From: Deferribacterales bacterium
GTDB taxonomy: Bacteria; Chrysiogenota; Deferribacteres; Deferribacterales; Geovibrionaceae
DNA: 58,351 nucleotides
NCBI GenBank assembly: GCA_050253335.1
Contig: JBFWJG010000008.1
Location: 1-58,351 of the forward strand
Reading direction: 5' to 3'
The notes beneath the pieces are model-generated. The model had not been told where the DNA came from. It made no database searches and saw only the letters and a list, made by a program, of their open reading frames with translations. The position numbers and the translations under genes are program-made. This document shows positions 28,604 to 38,759 of this stretch, piece after piece; position 1 is the stretch's first letter; each line of letters opens with the position of its first letter.

Positions 28604-29745
28604 TTTCTCCTCCTTATATATACTGTTCCGGCGAGTACCGTAAGCACTGCGCCGGCCGCTGCATTTGCTGATGAAAACATGAGAGGCACCGCGAAGCTGC
28701 CTGATTTATACGCCATGACTCCGCCTATCCACGGGCTTATTATCTGCCCGATGCCGTAAAACACAGTGAGGAAAGGCGCAGTGTTGCCTCTGGGAAGCAT
28801 AAGCCTTCCGCAGGCGAAGGCAAGGGCGACTGCGCCGAGGAATGTTCCGCCGAAAACCACCGCGAAAAGATATGCGGCAATGACGGAACCGCTGAAAGCC
28901 GGAAGAAGCATCGCGGCCGACTGAACTGCGAAAAGCAGGGCAAGCACTCTGAAAAGTCCGTATCTGTGACCTGCCCAAGACCAGAAAAAGTTTGAAAAAA
29001 CAGCGGCGAGACCGGCCAGAGCCCAGCCTGTAAATCCTGCGGACACTGAACCGGAGGATGATTTAATTATATCGACAAGAAATGTTCCGGCGATTATATA
29101 TCCTGAACCTTCAAGGAGATAGGCGAAAGCAAGCAGAATAAAGGGGAGGCTCCACAGTCCGGTGTTGTCTATCTCGCTCAGTTTTCTTGGGGATGCGGAG
29201 GCTCCGCCTGCCAGCCTGTATGAAAGAGCGGATGCGGCGACGCAGACAGCGCCGATGAAATACCATGAGGCTTCCCAGCCCCCGAAGGACGCGGCAAAAG
29301 GGACAGACCATGAGGAGAATGCTATCCCCGCCCCGACTCCGCTGAACAGCAGTCCGCCGAGATTCTGTCTGTTTGCGGCATAGAGCGCGGTGTAAACTTT
29401 TTCTGTTGCGCAGATGAAAACGGCGGCGCTGTAAAAACCGGAAAGAAAACGGATCAGGCCCCACCAGCCAAGTCCGCCGAAAAGAGGCATTGCGGCAGTG
29501 GTCAGCACGCTGAGCACGAGAGAGATTTCAAATGTGTGTTTTTTGGGCGCACGGAGAGTATAGAAAAGGGCTCCGGCCAGATAGCCCGCGAAATTTGCCG
29601 AGGCTATGAACCCTGCCTGAGCGGTGTTGAGAATACCCGCTTCCAGCATGAAAGTTATGGCGGGCGTGTACGCGAACCTGCCTATGCCCATTGCTGTGAA
29701 CATGGCGGCCGCTCCGCCAAGAAGAACCGCTTGGTAATGTTTCAT
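28591..29745 (-). CDS. YbfB/YjiJ family MFS transporter
   Basis: AMGIGRFAYTP, SANFAGYLAGA, FSGVGAGI, GYII..TF; start ATG 29745. Confidence 0.88.
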   Translation of the reverse strand: MKHYQAVLLGGAAAMFTAMGIGRFAYTPAITFMLEAGILNTAQAGFIASANFAGYLAGALFYTLRAPKKHTFEISLVLSVLTTAAMPLFGGLGWWGLIRFLSGFYSAAVFICATEKVYTALYAANRQNLGGLLFSGVGAGIAFSSWSVPFAASFGGWEASWYFIGAVCVAASALSYRLAGGASASPRKLSEIDNTGLWSLPFILLAFAYLLEGSGYIIAGTFLVDIIKSSSGSVSAGFTGWALAGLAAVFSNFFWSWAGHRYGLFRVLALLFAVQSAAMLLPAFSGSVIAAYLFAVVFGGTFLGAVALAFACGRLMLPRGNTAPFLTVFYGIGQIISPWIGGVMAYKSGSFAVPLMFSSANAAAGAVLTVLAGTVYIRRRKCRS

Positions 29746-29928
29746 CCCTTCTCCTGACAACTTTTGGGATATTATCATATGTCTGTATCAATACAATCAT
29801 TAAAGTCGCACGGCGGTATTAATGCGTATGCTGAATTTCATTTTTAAACCTCCCGCAGTGAAAACTTTTTGACTGAAACAGGCTGAATGTTGTTAAATAG
29901 AAACAGAATAAAACACACCGGAGAAGGC

Positions 29929-31767
29929 ATGGGCTACAGGAATCTTTCGGAATGCACGGCGGATCTTGAGAAGAAAGGAATGCTGGTAAGGATCAGCGCG
30001 GAGCTTGATCCGTATCTGGAAATAGGCTGTGTGCAGCGGCGGGTGTATGAGGCTGGCGGTCCCGCGCTTCTGTTTACAAATGTCAGGGGCAGCCGTTTTC
30101 CCATGCTGGGCAATCTCTTCGGCACCACAGAAAGAACGAGATACATCTTCAGGGACAGTCTGAAGGTTATTGAAGCCATGGTGAAACTGAAGATAAACCC
30201 TAAAGAGGGCGCCGCCGATTTTCCTTCACTTCTGAAGGCCGCTGCCGGAGCTTACAGGCTTCTTCCGGCGGGCAGTCGTTTTTCCCCTGTTCTGAAAAAC
30301 AAATGCCTGCTTAGCGATCTTCCCCGGCTTGTTTCATGGCCGATGGACGGCGGGGCTTTTGTGACCCTGCCGCTTGTATACACCGAAAATCCCGCTTCAA
30401 GAGGCTTCCGCTCATCAAATCTCGGCATGTACCGTGTGCAGATTTCAGGCAACGAATACCTTGAGAATGAGGCAGGGCTTCACTATCAGATTCACAGGGG
30501 CATAGGCGTTCACCACAGGGAGGCTCTGCGGCGGGGCGAGCCTCTTCCCGTGAATATATTCATAGGCGGTGCTCCGGCTCTGACCGTGGCCGCGGTGATG
30601 CCTTTGCCGGAGGGGATGCCGGAAGTCGCTTTTGCGGGAGTTCTCGGCGGAAGAAGAATATCATACGGCAGAACCCCGAACGGACTTCCTGTGCCTTCCG
30701 AGGCGGATTTCTGCATATCGGGGCATATTTACGGAAACGAAACCAAGCCGGAGGGTCCCTTCGGCGATCATATAGGATACTACAGCCTGAAGCATGATTT
30801 TCCTGTTATGAAGGTTGACGCCGTTTATCACAGGGACGGCGCAGTATTCCCATTCACCACTGTGGGCAGACCGCCGCAGGAGGACACAAGCTTCGGCGAG
30901 TTTATCCACGAGCTCACGGGCGGGCTGATACCGGAGGTTCTGCCCGGGATAAAGGCTGTTCACGCCGTGGACGCGGCGGGTGTGCATCCGCTTCTTTTTG
31001 TCATCGGCAGTGAGCGTTACGCCCCTTATGAGGATAACCCCCGCCCGAAGGAGCTTCTTACGCAGGCAAACGCCGTGCTTGGGCAGGGGCAGCTTTCACT
31101 GGCGAAATATCTGTTTATTGCAAACAGTTTTGATAATGAGGAGCTGGATATAAACGATGCGGAGGCCTTTCTCCGCCATATGCTTGAAAGAGCTGACTGG
31201 CGGCGTGATCTTCATTTTCAGACATCAACCACCATCGACACACTCGACTATTCCGGCAGCGGGCTGAACGAGGGCTCCAAGCTTGTTATTGCGGTATGCG
31301 GAGGAAAAATAAGGGAGCTTCCCCATGAGACCCCGAGCGGACTTGATCTTCCCGAGGGCTTTTCAGAACCGAGGATCGCAATTCCCGGCGTACTGGTTGT
31401 TAAGGGGAAAAAGGCAGACGCTCCCAGAGGCATGGAAGATGAGTGCATTCACAGGTTTGTGCGCAGTTTCAGTGCGGAGCATCCCATAAACCGTTTCCCG
31501 CTTATAATAGTGGCGGACGACAGCGAATTTACTGCGAGGAACACAGCAAACCTGCTCTGGGTAACCTTTACAAGATCAAACCCCGCGAGTGATGTTTACG
31601 GAATAGGGGCGGAAACCGTGAGCAAGCATTTCGGCTGCCGCGGTTCACTGGTGATTGATGCCAGAATCAAGCCGCACCACGCGCCTGCCCTTGAGATGGA
31701 CAAAGAAACGGAAAGAAGGGTGGATGCTCTGTTTTCAAACGGGGGCGTGCTGGCGGGACTGGGGTGA
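29929..31767 (+). CDS. UbiD family prFMN-dependent decarboxylase (possibly menaquinone/futalosine pathway)
   Basis: GPALLF, NLGMYRVQ, EGPFGDHIGYYS, GRPPQED, IDTLDYS, IDAR.K. Confidence 0.9.
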   Translation: MGYRNLSECTADLEKKGMLVRISAELDPYLEIGCVQRRVYEAGGPALLFTNVRGSRFPMLGNLFGTTERTRYIFRDSLKVIEAMVKLKINPKEGAADFPSLLKAAAGAYRLLPAGSRFSPVLKNKCLLSDLPRLVSWPMDGGAFVTLPLVYTENPASRGFRSSNLGMYRVQISGNEYLENEAGLHYQIHRGIGVHHREALRRGEPLPVNIFIGGAPALTVAAVMPLPEGMPEVAFAGVLGGRRISYGRTPNGLPVPSEADFCISGHIYGNETKPEGPFGDHIGYYSLKHDFPVMKVDAVYHRDGAVFPFTTVGRPPQEDTSFGEFIHELTGGLIPEVLPGIKAVHAVDAAGVHPLLFVIGSERYAPYEDNPRPKELLTQANAVLGQGQLSLAKYLFIANSFDNEELDINDAEAFLRHMLERADWRRDLHFQTSTTIDTLDYSGSGLNEGSKLVIAVCGGKIRELPHETPSGLDLPEGFSEPRIAIPGVLVVKGKKADAPRGMEDECIHRFVRSFSAEHPINRFPLIIVADDSEFTARNTANLLWVTFTRSNPASDVYGIGAETVSKHFGCRGSLVIDARIKPHHAPALEMDKETERRVDALFSNGGVLAGLG

Positions 31768-31888
31768 CGGCGGAACTGATGAAAAATATTTCTTCGGAGC
31801 AGATTGCTTCAACCTTTCAGCGTTCGCAATGACTGTTTCGTGAGCCGAACGCAGTAAGCTTCACAACGAACCCGCAGGGCAGTCTCAC

Positions 31889-32929
31889 TTACACATGTTT
31901 GTGGTTATTGTAAATCTCCACAACCCTGTCTATTCCGTCCATGAAAGCGTCAACCGCGCCGGGGTCGAAGTGTTTCCCTTTTTCCCCCATTATATATTCG
32001 ACCGCCTGCTCGAAAGGCCACGCCTGCTTGTAAGGGCGCTTGGATGTAAGGGCGTCAAAAACATCCGCCAGCGCCACGATCCTTGCCTCAAGGGGTATGC
32101 ACTGGCCTTTGAGTCCGTCAGGATAGCCTGAGCCGTCATATCTTTCGTGGTGATAGCGGGCTATGGCGGCTCCGCCTCTTATGTACGGGGAGTCAGCGTT
32201 TTTCAGTATATCGCATCCGAATATTGTGTGCTTTTTCATTATTTCAAATTCTTCAGCGGTGAGCTTGCCCTGTTTGTTGAGGATGGTGTCGCTCACTGCT
32301 ATTTTGCCTATATCGTGAAGGGGGGCTGTGTGGAGAACCTTTTCGCAGAAGTCGGAGTCGCACCCCATGCCCTCGGCGATTATTTTTGCATAATGCCCCA
32401 CACGGAGAATGTGTTCCCCCGTTTCCTCGTCTCTGTACTCCGCCACACGGCCGAGCAGGGCAAGAGCCTCAAATTCTCTGGCTCTGATGACCTCTGTGGC
32501 CTTTTCCACCTCCGCCTGAAGGTGGATGGCGCGTTCACTGAGCATTTTTCTGTATTTCCTGATAGTCAGAATATTGTTCAGGCGCGCCTTAAACTCTGTT
32601 GTGTCTATGGGTTTGGTGAGAAATTCAGTGGCGCCGGATTCAAACGCGCCGATTTTTACAGTGTTGTCATCACTCACCGCCGTAATCATTATTATCGGGA
32701 CATCCGGCTGAACTGTCTTGATCATTTTGGTGAGCTCTATGCCGTTCATCTTAGGCATCATATAGTCAACAAGGGCAACATCGATTTCATTGCTCTGGGC
32801 GTATGCCAGAGCCTCTTCCGGGTTGGAGAAGCTTTTAACCCTGTGGCCGATTGCCCCTGCGAGATGCTCAATGAGCATGAGATTAACTTTATTGTCGTCA
32901 ACAGCTATTATGTTAAAGAAAAAATCCAT
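31889..32929 (-). CDS. REC + HD-GYP cyclic di-GMP phosphodiesterase (RpfG-like)
   Basis: REC with DYMMP; EYRDEETGEH, LHDIGK, HHERYDGSGYP, RPYK. Confidence 0.93.
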   Translation of the reverse strand: MDFFFNIIAVDDNKVNLMLIEHLAGAIGHRVKSFSNPEEALAYAQSNEIDVALVDYMMPKMNGIELTKMIKTVQPDVPIIMITAVSDDNTVKIGAFESGATEFLTKPIDTTEFKARLNNILTIRKYRKMLSERAIHLQAEVEKATEVIRAREFEALALLGRVAEYRDEETGEHILRVGHYAKIIAEGMGCDSDFCEKVLHTAPLHDIGKIAVSDTILNKQGKLTAEEFEIMKKHTIFGCDILKNADSPYIRGGAAIARYHHERYDGSGYPDGLKGQCIPLEARIVALADVFDALTSKRPYKQAWPFEQAVEYIMGEKGKHFDPGAVDAFMDGIDRVVEIYNNHKHV

Positions 32930-33054
32930 ACAAGATTCCTAGTATTAATACTTATTAGACATTATAATCTATTATTGTTACATTTGAAGCGTGCTTTGAC
33001 AATGGTTTTATGCCTGCCGGCACAGCAAAAGATCAGACAGCCTTAGGGGATGGT

Positions 33055-36000
33055 ATGAAAGTTTTTAATTTAACCTGCAAGGACGCGGCGGAGCTGAGAA
33101 GGTTTACCGCCGGAATTGAGTTTTTTGAAAACGGCCGCAGGCTGGTTCAGATTTTCGGCGGAAGCGGAAACATCGATCAGATAATGGAGATAGCCGCGGA
33201 AGCGGAAAAAATAAAAAATTCATGCGTCATCGGCTGCACAAGCGCAGGAGAGGTGATAGACGGACGGATCCTTGAGGGGTCTGTGGTTGTCTCCATAGCG
33301 GACTTTGAGTTTTCCTCAGTGAAGTCGTTTTTCTATTCCGGCAGCGACATGGGCGAAGCGGCGGAGGAGATAACCCGAAATGTCATAGATGAAAACACAA
33401 AGGGTCTGATCGTCCTTTCCGACGGCCTCAAAAGCGACGGACAGAAGCTTATCTCCCGTCTGGCGGAAACCGCTCCCCATGTGCTGATTGCGGGCGGAAA
33501 GGCGGCGGACAACTATTCATATACCGAAACCTTTGTTTTTAACGGGAGCAGCAGGAGCGACTGCGGTGTTGTATGCGCTGCCCTGAGCGGCGATGAGCTT
33601 ATCCTTCATACAGACTATCTTTTCGGCTGGGAGCCCGTCGGCGAGCTTATGACAGTCACATCCTCCGAAGGCGGAAGGGTTTATACCATAAACGACACCC
33701 CTGTTTCAGAGGTGTACAGGCACTATCTCGGGCATGAGGTGGCTGAGGGTCTGCCGGACGCGGGAATAGAGTTTCCCCTGATTACAATCCGCGGAGGGAT
33801 AGAGGTCGCCAGATCCCCTGTGGCTGAATATGATGACGGCTCAGTCCTTTTTGCGGGGGATGTTGAGACCGGAAGCCGCGTAAGGTTCGGTTTCGGCAAT
33901 CTTGATTTTGCAGATTCCGGAGCTTACACGAAGTACGATTCCATGAGCGAGATCCCTGCCGAGTGCGTTTATATATACACCTGCTCCGGAAGGCGGTTTT
34001 TTCTTAAATACGGAATGGAGACAGAGCTCAGCCTCCTTGCCTCCATGGGCGGCAGTGCCGGTTTCTTTACCTACGGCGAGTATTTTCACAAGAACAGGTG
34101 CAACGAACTTCTCAACATAACCACCACATTCATGACCCTGAGCGAGTCAAAGGATGTGCGGAGGAGAAGCGCGGCGGAAAAAAAACGGGGCGCAAGCCGC
34201 TCTCTTAAAGCGCTTACAACCCTTGTGCGCACCACTTCGGCGGAGCTTAACTTTGAAAAGGAGCTCTCATCCGTCATTCTGGATAATCAGGAGAGCATAG
34301 TTATTCTCCGTTCCGATTCAGAAGGAGCCGTTAAGATAAACCGCACATTCTTTGATCTTTTCGGTTTCAGCGATCTGAAGGATTTCAAAAAGTCCCACAG
34401 GTGCATAAGCGAGCTTTTCATCACTCAGGACGGTTATCTGGAGAACGGGTGTTTTGATAATGTGGACATCATCATAAACGAGAAATGTAAAATGAGAGAC
34501 CCCAAAGGGATAGTCCGTGTTTACAAGGTGCGGGCAGCAAAGCTTAATTTCGGGGAACCTCCGTACATGCTGATAACCCTCAATGATGTCACGGATCTGG
34601 AAAATGCAGTCAACACGGCTGTTTTTGCTGAAAAGGCGAAGTCTGACTTTCTGGCGAACATAAGTCATGAGATAAAAACCCCTCTCGGCGGGATGCTGGG
34701 ATTTCTGGATATTCTTGGGCAGATGGAAACAGCACCGGAGAAAAAGGAGCTGATCTCTGTCATAAGGGAAAACGGCGCTGGGCTTCTTTCTGTTATCAAC
34801 GATATTCTTGACTATTCAAAAATAGACAACGGCCGCATGGAAATACGCTACATGCCTTTTAAACTTGAGTATGAGCTCAGGGCTGTCATATCCACCTTCA
34901 GGACAAAGGCGCGGGAGAACAGCATAGAGCTTACGCTCAGCAGGGATGAATCTCTGCCTGTTTACATGGTTTCAGACCCGCTCAGGCTGAAGCAGATCCT
35001 CTGCAATCTTATCAGCAATGCGCTCAAGTTCACTCCCGCCGGAGGCAGGGCGGAGCTTAGGGCGGAGTATGCCGAGGACGAGAAAAAGGTGCGGTTCACC
35101 GTAACCGACAACGGAATAGGCATTCCCCCTGAAAACCTCAGGAGGATATTCCGTTTTTATGTGGACACTGAGAACGATATTTCTGTGAAAAACCACGGCG
35201 GAAGCGGTCTGGGGCTTGCCATTGCTTCCAGTCTGGTGGACATGATGGGCGGCAGGCTTGAAGTTGAAAGTGAGCAGGGGAGCGGAAGCAGGTTCTTCTT
35301 CTCGCTGGATGTAAACGACTTCCTTCTTCCGGAGGGCTACGGCGGCACAAGGCTGAGCTCCGGTCAGGAAAAACCTGTGGGCGCCTTCAGGGGCAAGGTT
35401 CTTATAGCCGATGATAACGAAACTACGGCGAAGCTAGTGGAGCTTATTCTGGGCTCGTACGGGCTGGAATATATCTGGGCAAAAAACGGGAAAGAGGCTG
35501 TGACAGCTTTTTCCTCAGACAAGTTCAACCTCATTCTCATAGACGAAAACATGCCTGTTATGAGCGGATGCGAAGCAGTGGCAGAGATCCGCAAGCTGGA
35601 GGCTAGACAGAACAGGGAAAGAACGCCCATAGCGGCTTTTACGGCAAACATAGGCCTTTTCGTCGATGAAAATTTCCGCAAGTTCGGCATGGATGAGTTT
35701 CTTCCCAAGCCCCTCGACTTCGCGGAGCTGCACAGCCTGCTTCATAAATATCTTGACGAGTCCTCTGACGGAACGGAGGCGATGCGGCAGAAGCGGGCAT
35801 ACCCGACATCCGGAATGGGGGCGGGCGCGGAGCTTATTTCCGAAGTGATTGACGGCCTCCGTCTCAAAAAAGAAGACGTTATTTTACTGCTGGACAATTT
35901 TATCGAACAGTTTAAAGAACAGTACGAAAATCTTGAACATGCGCTTACTGAGCGGAATTACGCAAGGATCGGCGCAGTGGCCCACAGTATATACGGAGCA

Positions 36001-36153
36001 GCCAGCAACCTGCGCCTGAGGCGGATTGCGGAGAAAGCCAAAGAGATTTCAGAGTGCGCCAAAAACAGCCACGACTGCGAGTATCCCTTCCTTTTCGAAT
36101 ATCTCGCCCTGCAGGTGAAGTATCTGGAAGCTGCGTTGGGCTCGATCAGGTAA
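33055..36153 (+). CDS. Cytoplasmic FIST (NosP-like)-PAS-HisKA-HATPase-REC-HPt hybrid histidine kinase
   Basis: FIST/FIST_C (IGCTSAGE, IAGG.AAD, FGWEP.G, YTCSGR, GFFTYGE), SHEIKTPL, NLISNALKF, REC DENMP, HPt AHSIYGAASNL; no TM segment. Confidence 0.9.
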   Translation: MKVFNLTCKDAAELRRFTAGIEFFENGRRLVQIFGGSGNIDQIMEIAAEAEKIKNSCVIGCTSAGEVIDGRILEGSVVVSIADFEFSSVKSFFYSGSDMGEAAEEITRNVIDENTKGLIVLSDGLKSDGQKLISRLAETAPHVLIAGGKAADNYSYTETFVFNGSSRSDCGVVCAALSGDELILHTDYLFGWEPVGELMTVTSSEGGRVYTINDTPVSEVYRHYLGHEVAEGLPDAGIEFPLITIRGGIEVARSPVAEYDDGSVLFAGDVETGSRVRFGFGNLDFADSGAYTKYDSMSEIPAECVYIYTCSGRRFFLKYGMETELSLLASMGGSAGFFTYGEYFHKNRCNELLNITTTFMTLSESKDVRRRSAAEKKRGASRSLKALTTLVRTTSAELNFEKELSSVILDNQESIVILRSDSEGAVKINRTFFDLFGFSDLKDFKKSHRCISELFITQDGYLENGCFDNVDIIINEKCKMRDPKGIVRVYKVRAAKLNFGEPPYMLITLNDVTDLENAVNTAVFAEKAKSDFLANISHEIKTPLGGMLGFLDILGQMETAPEKKELISVIRENGAGLLSVINDILDYSKIDNGRMEIRYMPFKLEYELRAVISTFRTKARENSIELTLSRDESLPVYMVSDPLRLKQILCNLISNALKFTPAGGRAELRAEYAEDEKKVRFTVTDNGIGIPPENLRRIFRFYVDTENDISVKNHGGSGLGLAIASSLVDMMGGRLEVESEQGSGSRFFFSLDVNDFLLPEGYGGTRLSSGQEKPVGAFRGKVLIADDNETTAKLVELILGSYGLEYIWAKNGKEAVTAFSSDKFNLILIDENMPVMSGCEAVAEIRKLEARQNRERTPIAAFTANIGLFVDENFRKFGMDEFLPKPLDFAELHSLLHKYLDESSDGTEAMRQKRAYPTSGMGAGAELISEVIDGLRLKKEDVILLLDNFIEQFKEQYENLEHALTERNYARIGAVAHSIYGAASNLRLRRIAEKAKEISECAKNSHDCEYPFLFEYLALQVKYLEAALGSIR

Positions 36154-36739
36154 GATGTCAATTATGTTGACTTATTGTGGCTTTTTTCGTGAAACGTAAT
36201 ACGCATAAGCTTTTCCGTGTTACGTTCAAGGGCGCAGAATGGGTCTTTAATGACAATCAGTTGACCTATCTTTTACTTTCTAAATCCACGGTGAAGAAAA
36301 ATCGCGTTATAAGAAATTATCCTGATAAATTTTATTCAAAAATTTTACACATCATTCAATGACTGAAAAAATGGTCAGATGATTTAGAAGATTTAGTAAT
36401 TAATGATATTGTTTTTAATTTACACCGTTCAAAACTTCCTTCTCAATCCCGCCGATTAAAGCAGAAAGCACGATCCGCGGCTGAGAAGCGGCTAATATTA
36501 TTCCGTTCATAACTTAAAATCCAATGCTCATAATTAACCCGGGGCTGTTTCAGGGGCATTTGCTCAGAAAAAAATTAAAACATTATTATGGTGCGCTATA
36601 GGGTTAGTCTATGGCTTGCATCAAAAAAATTAGTATGCAAGTATATCGCGTTTTAATTCATTTATTTGGGTATTCTGTTACGCACTAGTAATTTGTACAG
36701 TGCTAACTTTAGGTTAGGTTTAAAGAATAGAGGTGTAGT

Positions 36740-37843
36740 ATGAGCAGAAACAGCCTTTTCGGGGCTAATGTCTCAAGACGTGACGTGCTGAAATTCAGCG
36801 TGGGTGTCACGGCTTTGATGGGACTTCCTTATTCAATGCATACGGCAATAGCAGATGCGGCAACGTCCGATAACCGTCCGCCTGTCATCTGGCTCCATTT
36901 TCAGGAGTGTACCGGTTGTTCAGAGTCTCTTTTAAGGTCTGACCATCCGACGCCTGCCGCTCTTCTTCTCGACATGATCTCTCTGGATTACCATGAAACA
37001 CTCATGGTCGGTTCAGGACATCAGGCCGAGAAATCGCTTCATGATTCAATGGAAGCGAACAAAGGTAAATATATTCTTATAGTTGAGGGAGCTGTGCCCC
37101 TCGCCGAAAACGGCATTTACTGCAAAGTCGGCGGCAAAACAGCCAAGGATTCTCTCCTTGAGGCAGCTTCAGGCGCCGCCGCTATAATCAACATAGGCAC
37201 ATGTTCATCCTTCGGCGGTGTTCAGGCAGCGGCTCCGAACCCCACGCAGGCGGTTTCCGCGGACAGCCTTATCAAAGACAAACCTGTGATCAACATTCCC
37301 GGCTGTCCTCCCAGCCCCTACAACCTGCTTGCAACTGTTCTTTATATCCTTACCCTCGGCAAGCTTCCTGAGCTTGACGACAAGAAAAGACCTGTTTTCG
37401 CTTACGGCAGAAAGATACACGAACACTGCGAAAGAAGACCCCACTTCGATGCGGGCAGATTCGCGGAAAACTTCGACGATGAAGGACACAGACTCGGCTA
37501 CTGCCTTTACAAGCTCGGCTGCAAAGGTCCCGCCACTTTCGCCAACTGCTCCGTGCAGAGATTCAACGATGTGGGCGTATGGCCTGTTTCCGTTGGCCAC
37601 CCCTGCATAGGCTGTACAGAGCCTGATGTTATGTTCCACCTTTCGATATTCGACAAGGTGCAGGTGCATAACCCCACTCCTCCCGATTTCTACCCCAATG
37701 CCAACCCTGAAAGCAGGGGCAAAGGCGCTGACCCGCTCACTACGGGTATAGTAGGTCTTGTAGGCGGTGCCGCGATAGGTGCCAGCGCAATGGTGGCTGC
37801 GAACCTTCCCAAGGAGGAGAATAATGAAGAAGACGAGGCGTGA
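36740..37843 (+). CDS. hybO: [NiFe]-hydrogenase small subunit (Hyb type)
   Basis: Tat SRRDVLK, ECTGCSES, GTCSSFGG, PGCPP, HEHCERR, CLYKLGCKGP, HPCIGC, C-terminal TM. Confidence 0.93.
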   Translation: MSRNSLFGANVSRRDVLKFSVGVTALMGLPYSMHTAIADAATSDNRPPVIWLHFQECTGCSESLLRSDHPTPAALLLDMISLDYHETLMVGSGHQAEKSLHDSMEANKGKYILIVEGAVPLAENGIYCKVGGKTAKDSLLEAASGAAAIINIGTCSSFGGVQAAAPNPTQAVSADSLIKDKPVINIPGCPPSPYNLLATVLYILTLGKLPELDDKKRPVFAYGRKIHEHCERRPHFDAGRFAENFDDEGHRLGYCLYKLGCKGPATFANCSVQRFNDVGVWPVSVGHPCIGCTEPDVMFHLSIFDKVQVHNPTPPDFYPNANPESRGKGADPLTTGIVGLVGGAAIGASAMVAANLPKEENNEEDEA

Positions 37844-38759
37844 GTTTATAAAACTCGCGGCTCTCAGCGGCGCGGGCATTGCTGCCGCTCCGCTGGCGGC
37901 GGAAGCTTCTGCTCCCATCGCCGCAAATGAAGAAGCCGTGGGTATGCTTTATGATGCCACGCTCTGCGTCGGCTGTAAGGCATGCGTTGCGAGCTGCAAA
38001 AATGTCAACGACATGGACGCCGCTCCTGCGCCTAATGATGAGGACAGGCTTTGGGATGCTCCCGAGGATCTGGACTACAGAACCAGAAACATAATAAAGC
38101 TCTATAAAGACGGTGAGGGCGATTTCTCTTATGTGAAGCATCAGTGTATGCACTGCATAAAGCCTTCATGTGTTTCCGCCTGCCCGGTTGCCGCAATGCA
38201 GCAGGAAAAGGACAGGGGAATCGTTTTTTACGACAAGGATATATGCATCGGCTGCCGCTATTGTCAGGTTGCCTGCCCGTTTAATATCCCCAAGTTTGAA
38301 TGGCCGAAGCCTTTCCCGAAAATAGTGAAGTGCGACCTCTGCAAGTTCACTAACCTCAAGGACAAAGGCATTCCCGCATGCTGCGATGTGTGCCCCACTC
38401 AGGCGGTGATATACGGCAAAAGGAACTTTCTCCTTGCGGAAGCGAAGAAGAGAATTGCTGAAAACCCCGGCAAATATCAGAAAGAGATATACGGCGAGTT
38501 TGAAGTCGGCGGAACAAACGTCATCTACATCGCCGGCGAAACTTTCGACAATCTCGGTTTCAGAGAGCTTGAGTTCGACTCGAACGCGGCTTTCTCCGAA
38601 AACATTCAGCACACGATTTACAAAGGCTTCGTAGCTCCTGTGGCTCTTTACGGTTTCCTCGCCTTCGTAGCGCTTAAAAACCGCAAAAACCACCACGGTC
38701 ACGGTCATGGACACGGACACGACGCCAAACACGAGGATAAACATGGTTCCGAAAAGTAA
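37824..38759 (+). CDS. hybA: Hydrogenase-2 Fe-S subunit HybA
   Basis: Tat TRREFIK, four ferredoxin Cys clusters, YGEFEVGGT, C-terminal TM and His-rich tail. Confidence 0.93.
   Translation: MKKTRREFIKLAALSGAGIAAAPLAAEASAPIAANEEAVGMLYDATLCVGCKACVASCKNVNDMDAAPAPNDEDRLWDAPEDLDYRTRNIIKLYKDGEGDFSYVKHQCMHCIKPSCVSACPVAAMQQEKDRGIVFYDKDICIGCRYCQVACPFNIPKFEWPKPFPKIVKCDLCKFTNLKDKGIPACCDVCPTQAVIYGKRNFLLAEAKKRIAENPGKYQKEIYGEFEVGGTNVIYIAGETFDNLGFRELEFDSNAAFSENIQHTIYKGFVAPVALYGFLAFVALKNRKNHHGHGHGHGHDAKHEDKHGSEK

Noticed and set aside
32147..33046. 299-aa plus-strand ORF and similar long antisense ORFs (e.g. 3579-4292, 37205-37918, 38166-38825)
   Set aside because: Antisense to well-supported genes and without recognisable motifs
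36670..36710. NikR operator before hybO
   Set aside because: An inverted repeat is present but half-sites and spacing do not match the NikR consensus well enough to name it
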